DNA from: Balanoglossus misakiensis
Lineage: Eukaryota; Animalia; Hemichordata
Direction: 5' to 3'
DNA length: 64,000 nt
Assembly (NCBI GenBank): GCA_040954595.2
Contig: CM082590.2
Coordinates: forward strand, 11,346,655-11,410,654
A program made the translations under genes and the position numbers. Positions 12,440 to 22,878 of this stretch are shown in pieces (position 1 is the first letter of the stretch; each line of letters starts with the position of its first letter). Below the pieces are notes generated by a model. That model saw nothing but the letters and a program-made list of their open reading frames with translations, was not told where the DNA came from and made no database searches.

Positions 12440-15400
12440 TTACATTTGGTACTTGATCAGGAGGAAATCGATTCTATTTGCCATATCGGCCAATTTTGGA
12501 AGAACGCTTAAAACTCCTCGATAGATATTCAGTTCTTGTTCGTCTTCAAAATACTGCAAATAATCTTCCACACTACTGTGGTCTAAGTTAGAAACATCAT
12601 AGGTCATTGATGTCAAAGTGGACCACGTGTTCAACATCACTTCTAATTCTCCCATTGTGCGTTTCTGTATTCCCGTCATCGTGTCTTCAGGGAAATTTTT
12701 CATCGTCACAAAAATGTTCATCTTGATTTGTTGTCGAAATGTACGAAAATTTTTAATATTTTTGAAGAAAGTGTCGATGATAACATGAGTATTGGTCTCT
12801 TCGGGGTCATCTGCGCATTCGTTGAGTCTTTCTTCAACCAATTGCAAAGATGAAATCTTCTCATCGTCGGGATGACGTATTGTCTTGAGTGCCCGGATGA
12901 AGTACTTGATAGCTTTGTCGAATTTGCTCAGTGATACCAGACAAGCGTTCAGTTGTTTGCTGTAGTGTCCGTGAAGTTTCTTCAACAAGTTCAAGTGACG
13001 CCTCTTTTTCAATTCAGTTCCTGTAAAAAAATATAAAAAGCACCAGTTTTTAATTCACAGCTTTCGGCGCAAAACTTTACAACAAGAATAAGTGAGATTG
13101 TTGGCACAGCGAAATTCGAGACATAGAAAGTTAATACACAAAACCACCAGGGGAAACTGACTGGTGCATGTTTGGTCAGGATTCGTGTACAGACTGTACT
13201 TGTAAGTTGTTTTGACTGAAAAGGCATAGAGGCAAGACCGGACACAACTGCGCGTCACTGTGTCACACCATAACTTCAGAAAGAATGTAGTTCTTTGAGC
13301 AGAGTTGAAAGTGTTAAAATTCACAGGTGGTCGATAAAAGCCTTTGGCGTTTGTTCATGTCTGCTATAATGTGCGCATAGCAACAACATTCAGATGTGTT
13401 GAGATTTTATACGATGCGATGTTCCTGTAACAAATTAGGATTATCTGAACCCGATTTGAAACCATGCAAGTCTAAATACCTTTGGGCGAAATGGGCAACT
13501 AATCTCATTAGGTAACAATGGAGACAACAGGGATTTCCCGGCAACGCAGAATGGTTCAAACAAGCTGAAACTATAGTATAGACAGGTTAAGCTTCTACTG
13601 TCTATGTTTGAAACAGATACTTCAGACTATGCACAGTACCATTTCCGACCCTTTTTCTGTACTAAATCCTAGTATATCAATGACGTCACGGTTCAGTATG
13701 AATCGCTAAATCGAACCAATTTTCTTCCCATGTTGACAAACTCTGAAACTTGCTGTAATAATCAAAATGACAAAAGGATCCACAGAAATTTCACTCTAGA
13801 TCTGACACTAACCAGGCCTGGAAGATTGAGTCCATTCGTCTTCTGACAGAACAGGCGTATCCATTTTAACTTGTAGGCTTGTGACGTCACGTTATTACAT
13901 TTTTGATCAGCACAAACGATCAGATATGTTATATTGGTCACACTGTGGATACCATTGCCAAATTGATGTCTTAACAATGTACAGCACAGTTATAATGCTA
14001 GACGCACAATAGTAGGTGTGCTCTCATAGCATGGCGACAAGTACCTTGACAATACGAACACACAGCCTACCAATGTAAAAGGAGGCCACAGGCTATACAT
14101 CGTTTTGTTGACACTGTCGTAGCCTACACAATGCTGCTTTTTTATCCTGGCAACTAGACGATGTAATTGATATTCCAAATATTCACTCGGCAGTGTCAAA
14201 TCATGACCTTAAAGTCATGCAAGGAACACAAATATCCCCCTAGTTGTGCTTTCAGCGTGAGCTCAAACGTAAAATTCCATTTGCTAGGTAATACTAGATG
14301 TTTAAATATATCATTGACCGGTAGACTGAAAGTTGATATCGGGTTGCGCTATTCTTAATATTCAAATCATTCTATTGTGAATTCAAATTTGAGTTGGGCC
14401 TTGATGAATAACATAGTGATAGTTGGGGTCTGGTGGTGAATCTTAGATAGGAAAGGGACATGTATTGATTGTTGTCTGAAAAGTTAACCTTGGCATATTC
14501 GAGTGTTTTCATTGTGACAGACTATTTGTCATTCTCACTTTGTCAATGCACAAAACAGCCACAATTTGCAGCTACCTTTACCTCGTCCACTATTGTTCTT
14601 ATGACATCTTGTTCATACGGGTCCCACACAACGTCTGCCAACAGCAGTCTCTGCCCTCAGCTGATGACGTCACTATGCCCTGAGAAATCTCATTGGTTAT
14701 GTAAATTGCGATCGAAAGTCTGTGTAACAAAATATCACGTCTATTTCCTAACAAGGATTTCGTTTCCTTTAACAATTTCCCAATCATCACATTACTACCC
14801 AAAAACGCATTGCTATGCAATCGATTTGACAAAGTATAATGCAATGTTTGTTTGGCATATTTCTTTGAAATTGTGCACTTAAGAATCCAATTACTTCTCT
14901 GGTCAGAGATCACGTATCTATGCAACCAGTGACGTCATCAATAGTAAGTCATTTGAAGTGGACATCAGTTGAAGAAATGCATTAACTCTTACACACGATT
15001 TCAGGAAATTGTCTTGTTACTGTTAGCCATTTTCAAATGCGTATATCCGTTCAAATGAAATAAATGTTAAAAGTATTTACTTTAATCGGTGATACCCTGA
15101 TAATACTGTCACGTGGTCAGCTTTTTGTGTGTATTTCAGCAATACACGTTTTTAGTACAAAAGTTACAAGAATGGAAACTATTTTAGTAGTATTAAATAA
15201 AATACAAACAAGAAAAACTAGGTTGGCAACGCGACATATGATGTCCTGTAACTTAGCAACCAGTAGATTACTACGGAAATAAAACTGTTACTACTCCTAG
15301 CAACTCAATATTACAGGTTGTATCGATTGATAATATGCAATTAAAATGAGTATGTTGCTGGCTTACTGCGGTCAAAGGTCATATATACTCAGAAGCCGTA

Positions 15401-16644
15401 CATCGTTGTGTTTATCATGAATAAACTGAGAAAACTTTTACGGACATCGTGAATTCGTCCCTGTATTTTGTCGTGAATAGAACAGATGCCCATATTCCAA
15501 TTATTTAGATGTCTTAATGTAAACCGTGAGTGGTTTCACGCTTGTGTTCAACCTCATTCATAATATGATGATCTGTTCTGCAGTTTGTAAAAAGACGACA
15601 CGAGTAGAACGAGGTGAGATTGTAGAAGTAAATCTTCCTATAAAAGCGTGTGTATATAGAACTTAACTGTTTTGCCGATTTGATATATAATATCGACAAG
15701 TTCGTGGTCAGAAGAGCTCAGAAATACGTGTATAATAAGTTGAAGGCATCCCAAACATAACAGCAAACGATGCAAATTCGAAACATAAAGAACTTTGATG
15801 TTTGTCTAAATATCCTTGTAAAGCTATTGGTGAGTTCTGTACACATTAAGTGGAACAAAATAACATGAGATTTCTCAATACATGTACAATACTCTCAGAC
15901 ACAAAGCTACCAATACCCGGCCTCACAATCTAATTACTCTTTGGCGTAACAAATACACTTTCCTCAGCAACCGCGCGCAATAATCGGTCCTTTCTTTCGT
16001 CAAATCGCTTGTGGCGACGGTTTAATAACATCGCCCAGTTAAGTTGACCAAAACGTCACAAGTAAAATTGATGATTAAATTTGCCAAAACGTCACTAAAA
16101 CTGAGTTAATGCGAAGTTGAATTAAATCCTGATGTCGCTTAATTGAAACGGGAAATCTCAATAGTAGTACAGGAAGCCAAGTATAATGTGATCTCTTTTG
16201 CCAATAGACTCGACGGTGCAGTCACGCAATGGTTTAAAAACATAAAATTGATATTTATGTTAATGTTCAAACTAATATTTCGATTCGATAAATATGCCAG
16301 TGAAACAAGTTGTAACGAGTGACTAGATTGTGAACATATAAAACTGAAAATCTTTTTATCATATTTGTCTCTCCAGACCCAAGCGAAACCTCTGTGTTTT
16401 TATTGCCTGTTGATCAATACTATGTGCTTGTTTTAACTACGATACATTTATGTCAAGTCTTCGGATCTATATGCTGTGTTACAATCAAGTTTACGGTTGC
16501 CAATATAGACCACGTCAGTTAATCAGTAAGAAGATTGTAATTTGTATAAACGTCGAAATACTTACTTTGTCTTAATTCCCTGTCTCTTTCTTGTTTTTTC
16601 TGTCGTTCTCTTCGCGTTTTTGCATCCATAATGATCCTGTTCAT
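12440..16644 (-). CDS. Divergent SPACA9/C9orf9-like protein (candidate ciliary/flagellar microtubule inner protein), about 214-219 aa, 2 exons
   Basis: Exon 2 is 13020-12440 (acceptor ttttacag|, phase 1). A matching phase-1 exon 1 at 16644 (or ATG 16629)-16566 ends CAAA|gtaagt and gives MNRIIMDAKTRRERQKKQERDRELRQ-R-TELKKRRHL. Segments KISSLQLVEE..N, IIDTFF, YDVSNL and ELNIYRGVLSVLPKLADM align by eye with recalled human SPACA9 (PISSIGQVQ, VLLMFL, NDLSSL, ARNHYGGVVSLIPLILDL). Confidence 0.6.
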
Positions 16645-16682
16645 TCACCAAACAGACAACCTTTCCCTGCAAATGCTACGTG

Positions 16683-16690
16683 TGACGTCA
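16683..16690. promoter_or_regulatory. CRE (TGACGTCA) about 40 bp upstream of the SPACA9-like ATG
   Basis: Perfect octamer; an NRF1-like GCGCACGCGCA follows at ~16758. Confidence 0.55.
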
Positions 16691-17759
16691 GTATCCAAGC
16701 AATCGTCCACTCTCCGAAAATCCTCGATCCAACAGGACGAACCCATTTGTACATTTGGCGCACGCGCACATTTTAAGAGGAACGTTCAATGAAATTCAGA
16801 CAATATACTTTTTAACATTTCCATTTGAGGTGATGAGAAACTATAATCAACAGTTGATGATTCCTGATAAATTTTATCACAAATATTTCTTACTTTCAAC
16901 ACAAATAACTGTTTGGCACCCCTTTGGTGATAATGATTGAGTCTTCTTACAATCAAGTTTGCCTATCTATATTACCTGTAAGCTCTCTTGTAGTCTAGCT
17001 GTTAACAGTAATACAAATTTACACACGCCATGCCAATACACGGTATCTAACACAGCCAATAATTGGCCATCGTGTTGGCCTTCAACTAGATTTTTAATAC
17101 TGAGGGTGTTTTAATAAGTTCTTGTCAAAACACAGATATTGTGAATACCACTAATTAGTCTCGGCTTAAACACGATATAACCATCGATAGTTTGAACTCA
17201 ATGATCTCCGCAAAGCAGAGAAAAGACTTACCGGTATGTCATTGTTTTAATTGAACTTTATTAAGGTGGCAAAAAATACTTGTGGTCGCGATGACAACGG
17301 AAAATCAACCCCGAGAAGTGAAAGACACGCCCATCCATTATGTTGACAAGATAGCATTTATTACAGTTCACATATTTAAAGATATCCATACAAAACATAA
17401 TTTTAGTGCTTCTGTAATTGTGGTCATGGAAATTTGTAATTCTGAAAGTAATCGTATGCCTATTGGAACTGAAATTCCACACAAGAAAAGTTGCTGACAT
17501 GCAGAAAAATGATGACATAGTGCCCACAGCCGCCGAACTATTTTTTTAATGAAGTCATAGATTAATTTAAATGCTCGCATCAGGCCATACAGGTTTGTGA
17601 TTGTTTTGGTTAATGAGGTTTGCGTCTCGGTCCCCTTCAATTTAATTTGAAACCAAAATGATAGACTTTTGTGGACTAGATTTTGCCCCAACCAGGATAT
17701 TGGGCGGCAGACGTCAAAACGGTAAACAGGCGAACGTTTTTTCGACGTTTCAACGGAGA

Positions 17760-17779
17760 AACCCATGACGTCATGGGTT
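17760..17779. promoter_or_regulatory. 20-bp perfect palindrome centred on a CRE in the CREBZF promoter, followed by two CCAAT boxes
   Basis: AACCCATGACGTCATGGGTT; CCAAT at 17792 and 17832. Confidence 0.7.
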
Positions 17780-18053
17780 GAAAATAACTGACCAATGAGT
17801 GTTTAGGACGATGGTCACATGGGGAAATGAGCCAATGGTAATGTAGTATGGTTTCTCTGGCTACGTACACGTTGAGTAAACGTTGTGTTCATTTCAGCAT
17901 TGGAAACCGATCAGTAAGGTGGGATTCATTGCTGTTTAACGTCTTCATTGGGTGTGAAACGATCGCAGAGCGATCGAGGTGATCCTACCATAAGATACTT
18001 TATCCCTTGCCAGTGGAGATTCATTTGTTGACGATCAAGAAGTTAGCTAAACA

Positions 18054-18851
18054 ATGTCTTTTGATTTAGGTATGGAACCCGCCATTGACATTGTTGATTA
18101 TACACCCTGCCTTATTGATGATCTTGACACCAGTTTTGGAGACGACACTCTGTTTGGAGACCAGTTAAATCAAGTCATCGAACCCAAGAGTCTAAGCGAA
18201 AGCAGTGATTCCGGTATGTCGACCATCGGTTGTGATGCGGATCAGCTGTTCCCTGAAATTGCATCGGAGTCAAGCTTCTCTCCGAATCATTCGTTGATTT
18301 CAGAAGAAGATGATGTCGATTTACTCAGCTTTCTCGTGAGAGACAATGACATCAAAACTGTTTCGACCACCAATGAAGTTGTCGGTTCGAGGAATCGCAA
18401 GTCGAAAACAGACAACACGAGTGCTTCGATTGCGGACAGAAACCGTAAAAATGCTATCGCAGCCAAGGAAAATAGAGAAAAGAAGAAGAAATACATTGAA
18501 GGACTTGAAGCTGAAAATGCAACATTGTCTGCGGAAAACCAAGAACTTAAACTTCAAACACGTGACATGAAGCGGAAAGTGAACCGTCTTGAAGAAGAAG
18601 TCTTGTATTTAAAGGGTGTCTTAGCTAATCAAAGTACTCTGTCCAATTTATTGAAAAATATCGGAAAATGCGACGTCAAGCTAACAACATCCTTTGACAA
18701 TGTCACGAAAGAAACTGGGGAGCCAAGGTCAAAGAGACCTAGAACTGTGAAATCTTCAGGTGGTGTTTGTCTGCATGTTGCTGATGACAATGTATCCCTG
18801 GAGTTTTGCTCCAAATGTGCTGCCATGGCTGCTGGACAGGGTAGAGATTGA
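18054..18851 (+). CDS. CREBZF: CREB/ATF bZIP factor CREBZF (Zhangfei)-like, 265 aa, single coding exon
   Basis: Basic region RNRKNAIAAKENREKKKKY, zipper LEAENATLSAENQELK..LKGVLANQ, KLTTSF, and the family-diagnostic C-terminus GGVCLHVADDNVSLEFCSKCA; acidic N-terminus. Confidence 0.88.
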   Translation: MSFDLGMEPAIDIVDYTPCLIDDLDTSFGDDTLFGDQLNQVIEPKSLSESSDSGMSTIGCDADQLFPEIASESSFSPNHSLISEEDDVDLLSFLVRDNDIKTVSTTNEVVGSRNRKSKTDNTSASIADRNRKNAIAAKENREKKKKYIEGLEAENATLSAENQELKLQTRDMKRKVNRLEEEVLYLKGVLANQSTLSNLLKNIGKCDVKLTTSFDNVTKETGEPRSKRPRTVKSSGGVCLHVADDNVSLEFCSKCAAMAAGQGRD

Positions 18852-21800
18852 ACTCTCAACGGAACAAACTGAAGAAATGTGATTTACACTTTGTTGAGCT
18901 GTTTGGAGTCGAACCCCTTCCATCCTGGACAACAATTGGTGACAGATGCCTGAGGATATCTGGATGGGATTCCTTCATCTGAGAGAGACACGAGAGATAG
19001 GGCGCCTTGATTTGCCCTGTCTGGTGGTAACTTAGAATATTGGGGAATAAGGGGGCTTGGTTGTTGGTAAGACTTGAAGGGATGTTTAAACAGTGATATA
19101 AACAGAACAAAGTGGCTCAAAGTATGCCACGAAGACTCGTTGGAATTCTGAGTTAGAATTCAATTTCAGGAGAGAAAAAAAGAAGAAAAAAGTTAAAAAG
19201 AAGAAAGTGGATTTTTGAACTAATATTTATCTGCACAAACACAAAAAAATGTTCTTTTCCACAGCATTTCTATCCATACTACTCGTGTAATTTTTTTCCC
19301 CACAGCATTGCAGTTCCTTGAATTGCTGAAATGCGAAACTGTTATGTTGGATGGAGTGATGCAGACTGTCATTTTGTTAGCTGGTAAGGTTTTCACAAGT
19401 TTTTCCCCTCATCCATACATTGTCTCCCTCTACAAACTGGGTTGTTGTGGCCACAGGCATGTGACCCTTCGCTATCCGTAGTAGTATAGAGTTATAATCA
19501 TATAATACTATACTACTACCGATTGCGAAGCGACGGGTCACGTACCTGTGGTTGTAGCTAGCCTTTTTGGCCATGACATCCCACAACACAAGTTTCATCC
19601 AGACTGTTCATGATTTGTGCAGATTGACAAACCCTGCCCTGTCTGACAGTGATATTCTGTACAAATTGACAGAATTCATTCCTGGATGAAGCAGAACTTT
19701 ATGGGATAACATGTAGCAACTTGGTGTGATCTGATTGGATCAAATTTATTCAAAAGATGTGTACACATGTTCCTGTTTTGAGGTACTCGAAAATCCAAAG
19801 AAATTGGCAAATTAGAGACAAATTATGAGCCCATTCAGACTACATGTTGCCTCATAATTCATATGAAATGAGAAATGCATGGAGTTCAATTAATTTGTTG
19901 GCCCTATGAACCAGAGCTATATTTTGAATTTTGTTATGTAGCTGTTCATATTTCTGTTGGACATGTAGGTGTTTTCATTGAAGTGGTTTAACTTGTGTTG
20001 GTTTCAAACTGTTGTGTTAGTATCAATATCTTGTGAATATGATTCTCATATCAAGTTTTTCTTTTCCCTCCTGTTGCTTCACTGAAGACTTTGTAAATAA
20101 TGAGCTGATAGAGACAAGCAAATTCTGAGAAAGAGAGAAAAAGGAGGCTGTGTTTGCAGAGATCATTGGGTGCAGGTAGTATTGTGTGATGGAAATGATT
20201 GCCGATATGGTGAATGGCATTGTTGATTGGCTGCCTGGGGGGAAAAAAGAGTAATTTCAGGAAATGTCGTTGAAGTTGCTGTTACGTGAATTGGAAGATG
20301 GGATAATTATTAGTATATTATTTTACAATTGTGGGGAGGAAATGACCAAATTATTTCAATGAGTTTTGAAGGAAAACCTGACCTTTTGGGTGTTGCCTAT
20401 CCTGTAGTAGAGGCAGCCTTATTTCCTTTACCAACAATCCTGGATGTGAAAGTGAAATAGTTCGAAGTCAATTTCCGCGTCAGAAGTTCAGCTGTAGATT
20501 ATAGTTTACGACATCCAAGTATTGCCTTGTTAATATTCATAAAATTTCAATTATCAGGGTTTTTTTTGCATGTTATATTCTTGAGTTAGTCATTAAAGAG
20601 TTGATGCATATGTATTGACATGTCAATTTTCTTTCTTTCAGACAGATGGCTGCAACATGTAAGGAAATGTATGACATCAGTAGCAGAGTTTTAGGAGTCC
20701 CAACCAAATTATAGTTAGTAAGATACACATATCTGTTTGACGGAGTTTGACAGGGCTTATATATGCAGACTTGATATTGAGAGAGCTTGCTTGTTAGGCA
20801 AAGAATATACTACATGTACAAAGCATTGTTGATATGGTGTGAGAACAAGCAGGCAAATCGTGGTTGACATTGAAGGGGTAGTGTAAGTAATCTTTCCAAA
20901 TTTTGTCTCCATGAACAGCGTTTGGCAGAGCCTTGTTGGGATTACAAATCGAGCAAGTCTTCGGTACGGACCTCAACATCAAACTCAAATTATATTTCCG
21001 CTCATCACGGTCACAGCACACAAATGAAAATTTATTAGCTGCTGTTAATGTTACCAAATATTGTGAAGATTTTATGGAGACTAGTCTGCTTGGCCTTGCA
21101 CCATTGATCATTGCTTTGTGTTTCAGCAAATTAAGATTAGTGTTGCATCTTTCCTAACTGACCATATGGGATAAGGGATTGACAGAACCTGCTACTGTTT
21201 GTCATGGTTGCGTGTTGCAAGAAATCTGTCTGACTTCGTGGCTTGTTGAAGTGCGTGTGTGTGTGTGTAGTGATGCTGAATACTGGCGGGTTTTATGGAA
21301 TGATGACTAATATTCCCAAGTTATTACAGACGGTGACCGCTAACACTATGTAGCTGTTCCATGTGGCAATGACATGACAACAAGATGAAACCAGTTGATC
21401 CCTCAGGAAGCGATACACGGATAATGATCTGCTCCGATTGAAATTTATAAACAAAACGAAAAGTTGTTTGAGACTGCTGCCAGTTGTGAACCATCGACAC
21501 TTAGATTACCAACTCAACAACAGAAAGAACTTTACATAATAAACAATAAAATATCAATTTGAACAAAAGTTTGTATTTTATTTTCAGTCTCAAAAATGAA
21601 ATTGATGGTTGCTCAGTAATAGCATCATAACAAGAAGATCGGAGTTATCTGTAAGTAATGTACCTGTTCATGAAATTTACCAATTGGTCTTATAAATAAA
21701 CTAAAAAAAAGTATGTATATTGTCTTCTGTGTTTTTTTGTTCAAAAGTCCCCTTAAAACGGAAACCTGAACGATGGCAAATAATCTATCCACCAAAATTG

Positions 21801-22822
21801 AAAAGCTGCCAATTAAATATGCTGACAGATGGTGGTTTCTTTGCACCAACATAACTGCAGACTTTCTCATTGTATTCATAGGAAAGTTTTGAACGATGCA
21901 AACTTTCTTGCCACCTGTAAGAATGTAGTCCTGTCTCCAATTATGAAAGGCGAAAAGCATCAACCATCTGGCCCAAAGTTTTATAATGCTGATGTTTCCA
22001 CCATCATACAAGGGGCATGTGACGAAAAATTGAAAATCATCACGAGCGCCCTCTTGCAACAGGTAACTGAATTACTTTTGTTTCACACCATAAGGATATT
22101 TTCGCATTTTCTCAGTAAAACTTCCCCAATATCGTGCAATATTTATCAAAATTACTCTGTTACACGTCGTATAAGGATTGCTCGCTCTGCCAGGAATATC
22201 CACTGTATTTAGGCTGAACTTTAATGACATGACAATTTCGCAGACCACACAATACTGGCTCTGGTATTACAAAACAATATCAATCTCATTAGCTTATTTA
22301 AATCTGGGTCCAGTTGCTCTTCTATAAAATATCTAATTTCATTTTAATCCGTTTCCTTGCAATATTCCCATCATGTGAGGCTAACATTTTTGTGCAACTG
22401 CTTAAACTTCCAAGCTGTAAAATTTAGGGATTTTAATGATCAGATCTAGGACATGTTTTACATGAACATCGCTTGCATAAATAAGAGTACCAGTAATTTC
22501 ATAATTAATGCATTTGCAATGTTGTTAATATCAATATATATTCTTGTGGAAATTTATTAATTACCTGCTCATTTACATCTTAAATTAATTTTTGCAGGTA
22601 GGCTTATTATGTCATTAAATTGGTTTGATGAACCTAATATGTTGATTAACATGTATATTTCACATATTTGATCTTTCTGAACAAAATTTCCAGGAGCCTT
22701 ACCAATAAGTCTGAACCTGTTTCTTTTGTTTTATTGTTATTTGACCACAGAACATGTTTTTTTGCCTTTTCTGATAAAATTATGAAAATTTTATATCGAA
22801 ACGAAATTGCTGTGGGTTCTCA

Positions 22823-22841
22823 CGTGGGATGCGGTGATTGG
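22823..22841 (-). promoter_or_regulatory. ER stress response element (ERSE-I, CCAAT-N9-CCACG) in the STT3B promoter
   Basis: The plus strand reads CGTGG-gatgcggtg-ATTGG, an exact consensus with 9-nt spacer, ending 37 bp before the ATG. Confidence 0.75.
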
Positions 22842-22878
22842 TCAATTGTTCGTCGACAGATGGCGCTGTTCATTCAAG

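Noticed and set aside
14582-14660. Exon-like stretch on the minus strand (..WDPYEQDVIRTIVDE|gtaaag) as part of the SPACA9-like gene
   Set aside because: It is phase 0, incompatible with the phase-1 acceptor, and has an in-frame stop just upstream.
17792-17810. ERSE in the CREBZF promoter
   Set aside because: It reads CCAAT-N9-GGACG, so the ATF6 half site is mismatched.
21625-22212. 127-144 aa ORFs between CREBZF and STT3B
   Set aside because: No motifs or coherent splice structure; the region resembles a decayed interspersed repeat.
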